Shown: positions 18,544-28,010, counted from the first letter of the stretch. The stretch is 64,000 nt of DNA from Acidaminococcales bacterium (GCA_031552765.1 JAVBME010000025.1:3270-67269); one strand, 5' to 3'. Notes: generated by a model from the letters alone, not told the origin. Made by a program: numbers and translations.

Positions 18544-19029
18544 TTACTTTTTCTTTGCGCCGCCATAAGCTTTGACGACTTCGTCAGTCAGGTCGGTACC
18601 GCCATAAATAATGACCATTTGGTCGACAACCACTGTAATGCCTTTTGCTTCGGCGACCTGTTTGATGGCGGCATCTATTTTATCAATTATCGGCTTTAAC
18701 AGCTCTTCTCTTTTCTTTTCCAGGCGCTGCTGAAGTTGCATGCCATAACGCTGTTTTTCCTGCGGCTGCATATCTTTGGCTTTTTCGTTGAATTCTTTTT
18801 CCAATTGGACATTTTCCGCCTGTAAAGCTTCCATGGCGCCCTTCGTATCCGGATGCATGCCAACAAGTTTTTGCCTGTCTACATACCCTATGGCGGAATT
18901 ACCCGCAGCCGGAGCGGCAAAACCTATTTGCGTCTGGGTTACTGCTATTCCTACTATGCCAAGCGCAAAAAAGGTTACCACCGCGAGCGCGATAATTTTA
19001 ACATAACGTTTGTTTTTTGTTTTTTGCAT
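18544..19029 (-). CDS. skp: Skp/OmpH-family periplasmic chaperone (paralogue a)
   Basis: Preferred start is MQKTKNKRYVKIIALAVVTFFALG... at 19029 (ORF-track TTG at 19089). It has a signal/anchor, then IGYVDRQKLV, a coiled-coil region and ...ITVVVDQMVIIYGGTDLTDEVV, all typical of OmpH. Confidence 0.8.
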   Translation of the reverse strand: MQKTKNKRYVKIIALAVVTFFALGIVGIAVTQTQIGFAAPAAGNSAIGYVDRQKLVGMHPDTKGAMEALQAENVQLEKEFNEKAKDMQPQEKQRYGMQLQQRLEKKREELLKPIIDKIDAAIKQVAEAKGITVVVDQMVIIYGGTDLTDEVVKAYGGAKKK

Positions 19030-19095
19030 TTTTAGACCTACTTTCTTTTTTAATAAACTAATTATAACAGGACGATTTTCTTCTTTCAAGCAAAA

Positions 19096-20388
19096 CTACA
19101 AGTTGCCCACTATCCTGAGGTAATTTTCTTTTTCAGCGCCCAGAACGATTTCCACCGCCAAAAATTCATGGATACGATAACGGAGGGCAAACTCCGGCCT
19201 ATCTATATGTCCATACTTTTCCGCCCGCAACCGCCAGTTTCTGGCAAAATCATACTCCAACCTCACAATACTTTCATCGTCAGGCAGGCGGTACAAAAAA
19301 GACAGTTTGGTGTTGCCCCAGCGGTGTGAAATACCGGGATCGAATTTCCAACTGACATTTTCCGTAAACAGCGACACTTCAACAAAAATCTCGTCTTTCC
19401 CAGAAAGCAACCGCCCGGCATGCATCCTGCCGGAAAGGTTGTTGTCATCTCTTCCGATATCAACATATCCCTCTATCCAGACGCGGTATTTGCCGGAGTC
19501 GAGCGTTATCGTGACCACACTGCTGACCTTGGGTACAATGTCAACATCTACCGCCAGGTCATAGTTTTTAACTATACGCTCTTTTTCTACTTCTTCTTTA
19601 AGTATATTTTCTATTCTTACCTTATGGGCGGCAACAAAATCTACCGGCAAGCCGCGTATTTGGCTGACTCGTTCCTCCAGCCGTTTTCTTGCGTCTAACA
19701 AGACCAGGCTGGGCATAGTATCCGATTTTAGCTCAAACCGTACTGCCTGAACATTGTTGCCGACCGGGATAAGTGTGATATCTACCGATACTGTTTCACC
19801 GCCGGCCACATCGACCGCCGCTTTGAACTCCGGCAGTTTTTCCGCTACTACGTCACGCACGCGGTCTTTGATTATGGTAGCGGCCCAGTCCACCGAGTCT
19901 ACCGAGACCCCCTTGAGGGTCTTTTTTATTTCACTACGCAGCGCTCCGATGTCCTCTTCTAGCAAGAGTTGCCAGGAAGCGTCCATACCGGACAGATAAA
20001 TATTGACCCGTACATCTTTGACCACCGCCGCCCAGGGCGCAACATAGATAGTGGCTGCTACGGCATCCCCTGTTTGCAAGGCTACTCTTTCAGTGCTGTA
20101 GCCGGCAAATACCCTGTCGCTTATATCCTGCAACAGACCTTGGTAAGTCGCTTTTCCTTCGGTAACATAATCTACAGATTTGCCAAGCATAATCTGCTGG
20201 GCTACTACCTTCATGCTCGAGGCCATCCGCTCCAGCACAGTCTGGTCTGCGGCGCCTGTAACGTCCACCACCTTGACGTCTACGCTCTCCACCTTGGCCG
20301 GAGCCGCCCACACGCCGTAGGCGAGAGAGACTACCGCAAAAAAAGCGATTAGCAGCGTGAACATGCTTTTGGTAAATTTTTTTAACAT
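19096..20388 (-). CDS. Conserved-looking exported protein of unknown function: three alpha/beta (POTRA-like?) modules plus a beta-rich C-terminal region
   Basis: 430 aa with signal peptide ...VSLAYGVWA. Three modules of ~80-90 aa each begin with V..V.V-type strands. The C-terminal ~130 aa show alternating beta-strand patterns (KLSFLYRL, IVRLEYDF, WRLRAEKY, FALRYRI). It lies immediately downstream of bamA (39-nt gap). Confidence 0.55.
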   Translation of the reverse strand: MLKKFTKSMFTLLIAFFAVVSLAYGVWAAPAKVESVDVKVVDVTGAADQTVLERMASSMKVVAQQIMLGKSVDYVTEGKATYQGLLQDISDRVFAGYSTERVALQTGDAVAATIYVAPWAAVVKDVRVNIYLSGMDASWQLLLEEDIGALRSEIKKTLKGVSVDSVDWAATIIKDRVRDVVAEKLPEFKAAVDVAGGETVSVDITLIPVGNNVQAVRFELKSDTMPSLVLLDARKRLEERVSQIRGLPVDFVAAHKVRIENILKEEVEKERIVKNYDLAVDVDIVPKVSSVVTITLDSGKYRVWIEGYVDIGRDDNNLSGRMHAGRLLSGKDEIFVEVSLFTENVSWKFDPGISHRWGNTKLSFLYRLPDDESIVRLEYDFARNWRLRAEKYGHIDRPEFALRYRIHEFLAVEIVLGAEKENYLRIVGNL

Positions 20389-20427
20389 TGCCCACTCCCT
20401 CTTAACAAGAGCTCCAGGCTAAATAAT

Positions 20428-22353
20428 CTAGAACTGGCCGCCAAAACTGAAGTGGAAACGCCATTTGTCGCCATAGGCATAATCTACGCGTATCGGGCCA
20501 AGCGGCGAGTTTATCCTGAGGCCGACGCCATAACCATACTGGATGTCGCCAAAATTCACGCTTACACCCTTTTCCCAGGCATAACCGGCATCGGTAAACA
20601 ATACGCCTTGGAAGTTCTTGGCCATCGGAAAGCGGTATTCAGCTGTCCCCAGCACCATTTTATAACCGCGGAAACGGTCGTCCTTATAACCGCGGAGCGT
20701 TTCCGAGCCGCCAAGGGCAAACCGCTGGCTGACTGGCATAGTCCCGGTAGCGTAACCGCCCATCAACCTAAAGGCAAGCACTTTATTGCCGCCAATAGGA
20801 TAGTATTCACGGGCTTCGATGATATATTTGTTAAAATCAAAATCGCCGCCCATAAAACCGGCAAATTCGCCGGAGATCAGGGCATAACTGCCACGGGAAG
20901 GATTGTAGATATTATCTCTGGTGTCTACCGCTCGGGCTAGGACTATACTGTTTGTTTTACCGAAGTTGGTAGGTATCTGGTCCGGATGGTCGCGGTAATA
21001 TTGTGGCTCTTCGCCATCAACCGCGCCCTCATACAAATCATTGCGGAACCTGACCGACAGAGAGTCGGTTATATAGTCATTGGCCGGACGCGCATAGGTA
21101 AGTTCAATGCCTTTGCGACGTTTATCATAATAAGCTTTGTCATTACCATCATCATCAAGTTCCTGGTATTCATGCGTCGTATCGTAGATGTTAAAACCAA
21201 GGCCGGAACCCTTGCTGTCTATCCAGGGGCGGTAATAGGAAAAATCGTAGTTCTTATTGTCCGCGCCGCCAAATTCCCATCTTATATTGATCTTATCGCC
21301 TGTACCGCGGAAGTTTTTGTCGCCCAGCATGATCATGCCGACAAACCCATCCGCTTCGCTATAGCCGGCGCCAATACCGAAAGTCCCTGTAGGCATTTCC
21401 ACCACAGTTATTTCTACTTCTACGCCGTTAGGGGTACGGCCGGGATTGAGCTTGATATTAACGTCTTCAAAATAACCCAAATTATAAACGCGCTGCATAC
21501 TGCGACGTCCATCGTTTACATTGAAAGGTTCGCCTTCGTAAAGTTTCAACTCACGCAATATTACATAGTCTTTGGTTTTCTTATTGCCCTTTATTTTAAA
21601 ACCTTCGACCAGGCCTTCATTGATAACTACTTTTAAAGATCCGTCCGGCTGCATTTTGACGTCGCTTACGCGGGCCAGGATATAGCCGTCGCGGTTATAA
21701 GCAGCCTCAATAGCGCGCATGCCTTCACTGAGCCGCTTGCTGTTTATTACCTGGCCGTCCTCGAGGCCGAGCAATCTTTTTAAAAGATTGTCGGAATAAA
21801 TAGTGCTGCCCGTTATCTCTGTTTTTTGCAGCACGGGATTTTCATTGACGCGGTAGGCCACACGTACTCCTTCGGGAACAAAGGAATACTCGGACTGCAC
21901 ATCGTAAAACCAGCCTGTTTCGTATATAAGCTGCAAATCTTGTTGCACATTGTCCAAAGACAAGGCAGCGCCCGGTTTTACCCGTAAAAGCGGCAGCATT
22001 TTGTCCACAGGCACATTTTTATTACCGATAATTTCAACTTTGGTAACTGTTTTACCAACTGCCTGCGCTTCCAGCCCTTTTTGCGCTTCCAGAGCCTGTG
22101 CCCTGGCAGCTACGTCAGGCGGCAAAGTCGCCGCCGGATTGTCGGCTTGCTGAGTACTTGGTTGTTGGCTTTGCCCTGGCTGCTGTGCGTTATCTGTAAC
22201 TACATCGCTGCCGGCAGGTTTTTGCTGGGTAGTTGTTGTACCCCCAGTCTGACCTGGTACTGCTTCTTCCGCCATTGCCGGCGTACATGACGCCATACAA
22301 AGAGCGGTCATTCCTATTACCGCGCTTCGCCGCCAATACTTCCTGATCTCCAT
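20428..22353 (-). CDS. bamA: Outer membrane protein assembly factor BamA (Omp85 family)
   Basis: Signal peptide, then a Q/P/T-rich low-complexity stretch, POTRA-like modules and an Omp85 barrel with GGSETLRGY and terminal HFSFGGQF. Preferred ATG is at 22353 (MEIRKYW, GGGGG RBS). The ORF-track start at 22380 directly abuts the upstream stop. Confidence 0.88.
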   Translation of the reverse strand: MEIRKYWRRSAVIGMTALCMASCTPAMAEEAVPGQTGGTTTTQQKPAGSDVVTDNAQQPGQSQQPSTQQADNPAATLPPDVAARAQALEAQKGLEAQAVGKTVTKVEIIGNKNVPVDKMLPLLRVKPGAALSLDNVQQDLQLIYETGWFYDVQSEYSFVPEGVRVAYRVNENPVLQKTEITGSTIYSDNLLKRLLGLEDGQVINSKRLSEGMRAIEAAYNRDGYILARVSDVKMQPDGSLKVVINEGLVEGFKIKGNKKTKDYVILRELKLYEGEPFNVNDGRRSMQRVYNLGYFEDVNIKLNPGRTPNGVEVEITVVEMPTGTFGIGAGYSEADGFVGMIMLGDKNFRGTGDKINIRWEFGGADNKNYDFSYYRPWIDSKGSGLGFNIYDTTHEYQELDDDGNDKAYYDKRRKGIELTYARPANDYITDSLSVRFRNDLYEGAVDGEEPQYYRDHPDQIPTNFGKTNSIVLARAVDTRDNIYNPSRGSYALISGEFAGFMGGDFDFNKYIIEAREYYPIGGNKVLAFRLMGGYATGTMPVSQRFALGGSETLRGYKDDRFRGYKMVLGTAEYRFPMAKNFQGVLFTDAGYAWEKGVSVNFGDIQYGYGVGLRINSPLGPIRVDYAYGDKWRFHFSFGGQF

Positions 22354-22380
22354 CTGTGACCCCCTAACAATGAATTGCAT

Positions 22381-22881
22381 CTATTTGCCACGCAAAGTCT
22401 GTCCCGCCGTACGCACGAATTGCCTTACTTCGCTTTTATTAAATGCCGACGGGCTTTCTTTTACTGTTTTCCCGCCTTCTTGTGAACGCGAGCTATGATC
22501 TTTTGCAGGCGGCAAACTCTTCTCCTGCAAAGGGGCCTCTGCCCTTTGTACTTCATTGGGCGCCGGTTTTTCCGGCAGAGCGCTGCTTTGCTGTTGGGGC
22601 AAAGCAGGTATATGTTTAGCAGTGTCTTGTCCCTTGGCCAAATACAAGCCGCCAAAAGATACAGCCACAAAACAGCAGGCAACAGCAACAGCCAAAATAT
22701 GCCTGCGTTTTTTTTGCCTAAAACCCTCTTTTTCTCTTAATCTTTGCAATTCCGCCTCAGCCAACAAAAGATCCAGCTCACCCCTGATGTCTTTGGCGTC
22801 CCGGAAGCTGCCTTCCGCTTTGTCTAGCCAGTTTTTTGCCGACCTTATGCTGCTGCACAAAGCATGTCGTTTGTCCACCAT
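22381..22881 (-). CDS. Hypothetical single-pass membrane protein (cytoplasmic helical N-domain, TM, disordered periplasmic tail)
   Basis: 166 aa with a GAGGTGAG RBS. TM segment is ILAVAVACCFVAVSFGGLYLA; the tail is rich in P/Q/S/K. Its stop directly abuts the bamA ORF. It lies downstream of the sigma factor gene after a 137-bp gap. Confidence 0.55.
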   Translation of the reverse strand: MVDKRHALCSSIRSAKNWLDKAEGSFRDAKDIRGELDLLLAEAELQRLREKEGFRQKKRRHILAVAVACCFVAVSFGGLYLAKGQDTAKHIPALPQQQSSALPEKPAPNEVQRAEAPLQEKSLPPAKDHSSRSQEGGKTVKESPSAFNKSEVRQFVRTAGQTLRGK

Positions 22882-23018
22882 TACTCACCTCATAATACCA
22901 TAGTCGACAGACAACACAGAATATTGACTTGCAAAAATATGCTTATTTCATTTAAATAACCACTTATAGGCCGTTTAACAGACTTTGTAATGATTATACA
23001 GCCAGTTTTCGCCAGCTC

Positions 23019-23654
23019 TCACCATTTAAGTTCCTGGATAAAACGTGAAAGCATGCCACGGGCCCGCCTTACCCCCTGTCTTTGCAGGCGGTATATATGA
23101 GAAGGACTCACTGAGATACTCTCGGCGATATGCGCCGGCGTGAGTTCGTCAATATAGAGGCCGTGCAAAACTTTCTGTTCTTTTTCCGGCAAGCAGCCCA
23201 AAACTTGTTTTACTTTGCCGACAAGAAAATTATCTTCCGCCACTTCTTCGGGGCCGGCGCTGCTGTCGGCCAATCTATGCAAAAGAGCGCCATCCTGGGG
23301 TGCATTAGTATCAAGACAAAGGTCTTGCTTTACCGAAGACACTGTTTTTAAATAGTCAAGCATACGCCCGCGTATCCGATGTACGGCAAACAGGCTGAAC
23401 GCCACCCCGCGCGAAACATCAAACCGTTCTACGGCTTCGATCAGGCCGACCATGCCTTCTTGCACCAGTTCCAACAGCAACTCTTCAGGCAAATGGAACG
23501 CTGCCGCTGTTTTAAAAACCAGCGGCTGGTAACTGGTGATGAGCCGGGCGCGGGCCTGTTCCCCGCCGGCGGCCATTTGCCGCCATAACGCCTGCTCTTC
23601 GCCAAGTTCGAGCATTTTTATTTTTTTCAGTTCTTCCATATAACCTTTTAACAT
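23019..23654 (-). CDS. Sigma-70 family sigma factor with a FliA/sigma-28-like region 2 and a region 4, apparently lacking region 3
   Basis: 211 aa. VQEGMVGLIEAVERFDVSRGVAFSLFAVHRIRGRMLDYLK resembles the FliA signature (E. coli YAVQRIRGAMLDELR, from memory). Region 4 is LPEKEQKVLHGLYIDELTPAHIAESISVSPSHIYRLQRQGVRRAR. It starts 15 nt after the tamB stop, with a GGGGGAG RBS. Confidence 0.8.
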   Translation of the reverse strand: MLKGYMEELKKIKMLELGEEQALWRQMAAGGEQARARLITSYQPLVFKTAAAFHLPEELLLELVQEGMVGLIEAVERFDVSRGVAFSLFAVHRIRGRMLDYLKTVSSVKQDLCLDTNAPQDGALLHRLADSSAGPEEVAEDNFLVGKVKQVLGCLPEKEQKVLHGLYIDELTPAHIAESISVSPSHIYRLQRQGVRRARGMLSRFIQELKW

Positions 23655-23669
23655 GTGCTCCCCCGACGG

Positions 23670-26600
23670 TTAAAAAGAGATCCTGTACTCAAGGCCATAG
23701 TAAAAATTATTGTCCTGGTCCATCGCGGCGCTAAAACTCATGCGCCGGCTGAAATCATAGCGTGCATTGTAACGTCTCTCGCTATTGTCGAGATTGGATG
23801 TATAGCCAATAAGCACCCGGTCGGAAATATATTTACTTACATATATATTGTACTGTTCGCGCTCTTCTTTGCTGGCCGCAGAAGCCCGGGCGCTGTCTAT
23901 GGTCGTGCCCATGCCGCTATTTATCTGGCCCTGGTAAAGCCTAAACTCATCCAGGCCCCAGGCGTTACGCAAAAAGTTTTCCACGTCGCCAAATATCGTC
24001 ATTTGCAAGCCGGCGGCCAAAAGAGTCTTCATATCGTCGTCGCTCAGGCTGCTGGCGCCGTCACTGGACGTCCTTGTTTTCAGCGTTATCAAGCGGAAAA
24101 TCTCCTGCTGCGACAAGGGCGGATTTGATGCAAGTTTTACATCCATTTCCGTGACTGGGCCGTTTATGCGAGCAAATACATCCGTATTACTTACACGGGT
24201 CCGCGCAAACAAGTTGATATGCGGCAAAGGAGAACCCGGGGTCGGGAAGCCCGCCGTGGCGTCTTCAATTTTAAATGTAGTGCCAAGGTATTTTATATTG
24301 CCGCGGATGACGTTTACATTACCGCCTACATTGGTATAATTCGTACTGCCGGTAATGTGCAAATTTCCCTCTAACAGCATATCATAAAGATATTTATTGT
24401 ACAACCGTGTATTATTACCCGCTTTTACGGTTACATCAAGACCCAGGTTGGTCGTGCCCTCGCCAAAATCCGGTACCACCGGCAAGTTTATCAGCATATT
24501 GTCAAGCGACATATCGCCCTTTATCAGCGGCCGCTTGCCGCCGCGGAAAGTCTGGGGCGATACCTCGAAATTGCAGGTCAAAGGCCCGGTCAGCATTTCC
24601 GAAGCGATAGCTAATTTGTCTGTTTTTACCGCCAACCGGTAGTCCATATCGGAAAGACTGCTCAGCCCAAGGCTGCCTTGTGCCGTCACCGTGCCCGTTC
24701 CCATGCTGGCGCTGCACTTATTGAGCAGCACCTTGTCGCCACTAAAATTAACGTCTAAAATTATGTGTTCCAAAGGATTGCGCAAATCTTTAAACTTTAG
24801 CGTCCCGTCATTGATAACTACATCTCCGTAGAACAACGGTTTTTCTAAAGTCCCTTTGGCATTTACAGTACCTTCTGTTCTACCCAATCCCCACTCCACT
24901 CTGCTGCCAAAAAGAGAAGGCACTATAGCGAGATCGGCATTATCCAGCTTCACTGTGACATCCATCTGGCTGTCCGACCGTTTACGGTTTTCTTTTTGCC
25001 TGATCAGGTCCACAGGGACGACGCCATACGCGCTCAGCCTGTTGGCATCTTTTTCAATAAACAGCTGGTCGATATGGAAAATATCGTCTTTTACGCTAAA
25101 CAGTCCATAAAGATTGTCAAATACCACATTGGACATACGCCCGGGCGATATTTGCACAGATGCGGACAACGCCGGATGTTGGGTAGAGCCGCTTAGCTGC
25201 ATGAGAAAAGACATGTTGCCGCCAAAATCTATCGGATTATCCATAAAAGCTGTCAATAAAGCGGCATTAAGGTTGTTTCCGCCCAGTTCGACATCTATGG
25301 CTCCCCTAAAGTCCACAGTGCCCCGACCCGCTATGCGGCCAAGGTTTTGGGTAGCTTCCAATTTGTTGATAGTAAGTTTACCGCGCTGCAAATGCAAATC
25401 CACATCCATAATCTGTACAGGGATATCGCGGATATTTGCTTTGGTCACCTGGGCCACAAGACGCATGCCGCTGCGGCCGCGCTGGTTCAATTCCACCGTG
25501 CCGTCAAGAGTGCCGCCTACGTCAAAATGTTGGCCTGCTACCGCTAAAAGTGATTTTAAGTCGCCGTTTTTTATCTCCAAAAGTCCCTGGGCAAAACGGG
25601 CATTATAGTCTATGCCGGCGTCAAGTTTATATTCTCCCTTACCATGGCGGAAATTTATCCTAAAGTAGTTGTTTGTAAAGCCCTCGCTCCAGGCTTCACC
25701 GCTTATATCCGTGATCGTCTGTCCGTTTATATTGACCTGGCTGCCATTTATAGAACCGTTGAATACAGGTTTGTCGATGTTGCCGGACAGGTGGCCCTGC
25801 ATATTGACCCCGCCGTCTACCTTTACTTCGGTCGGCATCGGCAGATTGTCCAGGCGCATATTATTGCCCTTAAAGTCGAAAGCCAACTTGCCGGCCGGCG
25901 TCATATGTCCGTTAAGATCTATATGCATCTGCATTATGGTGATATTAAAATTGTTCAAAGTAAGCCCGTTATCGGAATATACATATTTACCGCTCACTTG
26001 CTCTACGTATTGGTCGCGGAAACTGCCTTCCTGCATAGCAATGTGCCCATTATAAACAGGGCTGGCCACAGTACCGCCGATAAGCAAACGGTTGTCGGCG
26101 TTGCCGGTTATTTTCTCGCCCGGCGCCAGGAGTGCCGCCAGCGGCTCTATGCGGACAGATTTAGATATTACTTCTACGTCAAGACCAATGCCGGGCTGGG
26201 CAAAATTCACCCGGCCATTAGCAGCATGTAAACCGTAATTCATTTCAGCTATAAACTTGTCTATCGTAAGAAGTTGGTCATAAAGTTTTGCCCTGCCTTC
26301 AATAAATTTGAAAGGCTGCTGCGTTACTACGCCGTCTTTAGCATAAAAGGCAATGTCTCCTTCAGGATAAGCAAGACTGCCTCTGATATGGGCCCGGGCC
26401 GTCAACAGTCCGTAACCGTCAAAACCGGCCAAAGGCAACAACTCTGAAAGAGGCAGATTGTCGCCGGCCGCCTCAACAGACAGCGGCGCTCCTTCCAGCA
26501 AGCCGGAAGCTATGATATTACCGCCGCCGCATTTTGCCGACAGTTGCTCAAGTACCGTTTTGCCGCCGGTACGGACTATGCGTGAATCAAGGCTGTTTAT

Positions 26601-28010
26601 ATTGAGACCGCGCCAATTCATATGTTGGCTTTTGATATCGCCGACGGCAGAGATAGACGACCATGACGGCCGTCCTTCCAAAACGATGCGCCCACTCAAA
26701 TCTCCGCTCAAACCCTGATCTTTAAACGCGGTGGCCAGGTCGGCGCCGTCCAGGTTTGCACTGGCACTTAGTAAGTCTTTATTGTATTCATATTTCCCTG
26801 ATAAGAACAGCTTGCCGCCCATGGCGACAGCAACGCTTTCTGACAGCACAAAGTTACCTTCTTGCAAGTTGAAAGAAACCTTGCCGTCGGCAAAAGGTAT
26901 GCTTAAGAGTTTTCCTTCTTCGAATCCGACTTGTCCTGAAGCATTGAGCCCGGCCAGCTGTTTTTCCAATTGTCCGTCTAAAGTAAGTTTGACTGCTAAA
27001 GAGCCCTGCCAGGGGCTGTCTTTAAATACCAAGCCAGGATTGAAAGCGTCGGTAGCCAAAACCAGCTCTCTGGCGACGGGGATATCTTTATTGATATCAA
27101 GACCACCTGATACTACCGTTTTTTGTTCATTTAATGAAACGGCCAGGTCAGCAAAATCCATGACATTGTTTTTGGCTTTTATGCCGCCATTGAGCAATAA
27201 TCTCACTTTGTCGCCATCGTATTTATACTCTCCGGCCACATCTAGCAGCTTGGCTTCACCGGAAAAAGAATTGCCGCCGCCCTTATTTTCCCAAACCAGG
27301 CGCACTGACTGTAATATACCGGCCGCTTCGTGGATGTTTGTATAGCTGCCAATGACATTAGCAAACGGAGCTACATCTATCCTGTCGCTGGCTAAACGCA
27401 CATTTCCCTGTCCTTTGCTATTGATAGAGCCGGAAAGCGCCAGTTGATTTTTATCCTGCTGGACGCCTATATTAAAAGAAAAATCCGGATTGGCAGAGGC
27501 GTCGATATTGCCTGTGGCGACAAGCAGCCATTTTCCTTGCGGCGTATCTATGTTCACATTTGTTTCATCCAGACGGACCGCGCCATAAAAAGGCGTTTCT
27601 TCTTTGTCTGATGGTTTGATGATGTTTTCTATATTCCACTGCCCTTTTTTATTCAAAGAAAGGAACACCTGGCTGTCTTTGGCCAGTTTTACCGAAGAAA
27701 TAGCGGCTACCGGACCATCCTTAAAACGGTAAAGCCAGGTAAAAGGATTTATCCTCACAGCAACATACGAAGAGGTAAAAACTGTGCGGCCTTTATGGTC
27801 TTTCAGCAATACATTGTCGGCGCTTATTTCCATAAAACCGCTAAGGCGCACCTGGTCTAAGCTCAGTGCGCCGTTTAAAGTATTTGTAGTTGCCTTTAAA
27901 ATCTCTTCCTTTGCTGTTGCCATCAACCCTGGCAATGCACTATACAAGTAGGCGGCGGACATTGCAAATATAATAGCCAATACGCCTGCCAACATCTTGA
28001 TTCTTTTCAT
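23670..28010 (-). CDS. tamB: TamB-like translocation and assembly module protein (AsmA/DUF490 family)
   Basis: 1446 aa with an N-terminal membrane anchor (MLAGVLAIIFAMSAAYLY). The body is very long, beta-rich and repetitive. The C-terminus is DUF490-like and ends GLEYRISF. Confidence 0.85.
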   Translation of the reverse strand: MKRIKMLAGVLAIIFAMSAAYLYSALPGLMATAKEEILKATTNTLNGALSLDQVRLSGFMEISADNVLLKDHKGRTVFTSSYVAVRINPFTWLYRFKDGPVAAISSVKLAKDSQVFLSLNKKGQWNIENIIKPSDKEETPFYGAVRLDETNVNIDTPQGKWLLVATGNIDASANPDFSFNIGVQQDKNQLALSGSINSKGQGNVRLASDRIDVAPFANVIGSYTNIHEAAGILQSVRLVWENKGGGNSFSGEAKLLDVAGEYKYDGDKVRLLLNGGIKAKNNVMDFADLAVSLNEQKTVVSGGLDINKDIPVARELVLATDAFNPGLVFKDSPWQGSLAVKLTLDGQLEKQLAGLNASGQVGFEEGKLLSIPFADGKVSFNLQEGNFVLSESVAVAMGGKLFLSGKYEYNKDLLSASANLDGADLATAFKDQGLSGDLSGRIVLEGRPSWSSISAVGDIKSQHMNWRGLNINSLDSRIVRTGGKTVLEQLSAKCGGGNIIASGLLEGAPLSVEAAGDNLPLSELLPLAGFDGYGLLTARAHIRGSLAYPEGDIAFYAKDGVVTQQPFKFIEGRAKLYDQLLTIDKFIAEMNYGLHAANGRVNFAQPGIGLDVEVISKSVRIEPLAALLAPGEKITGNADNRLLIGGTVASPVYNGHIAMQEGSFRDQYVEQVSGKYVYSDNGLTLNNFNITIMQMHIDLNGHMTPAGKLAFDFKGNNMRLDNLPMPTEVKVDGGVNMQGHLSGNIDKPVFNGSINGSQVNINGQTITDISGEAWSEGFTNNYFRINFRHGKGEYKLDAGIDYNARFAQGLLEIKNGDLKSLLAVAGQHFDVGGTLDGTVELNQRGRSGMRLVAQVTKANIRDIPVQIMDVDLHLQRGKLTINKLEATQNLGRIAGRGTVDFRGAIDVELGGNNLNAALLTAFMDNPIDFGGNMSFLMQLSGSTQHPALSASVQISPGRMSNVVFDNLYGLFSVKDDIFHIDQLFIEKDANRLSAYGVVPVDLIRQKENRKRSDSQMDVTVKLDNADLAIVPSLFGSRVEWGLGRTEGTVNAKGTLEKPLFYGDVVINDGTLKFKDLRNPLEHIILDVNFSGDKVLLNKCSASMGTGTVTAQGSLGLSSLSDMDYRLAVKTDKLAIASEMLTGPLTCNFEVSPQTFRGGKRPLIKGDMSLDNMLINLPVVPDFGEGTTNLGLDVTVKAGNNTRLYNKYLYDMLLEGNLHITGSTNYTNVGGNVNVIRGNIKYLGTTFKIEDATAGFPTPGSPLPHINLFARTRVSNTDVFARINGPVTEMDVKLASNPPLSQQEIFRLITLKTRTSSDGASSLSDDDMKTLLAAGLQMTIFGDVENFLRNAWGLDEFRLYQGQINSGMGTTIDSARASAASKEEREQYNIYVSKYISDRVLIGYTSNLDNSERRYNARYDFSRRMSFSAAMDQDNNFYYGLEYRISF

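Noticed and set aside
23019-23654. Calling the sigma factor the canonical flagellar fliA
   Set aside because: It is shorter than typical FliA, with region 3 apparently missing. It also sits between tamB and bamA rather than in a flhF/flhG-type flagellar operon. I left it as FliA-like with an unknown regulon.
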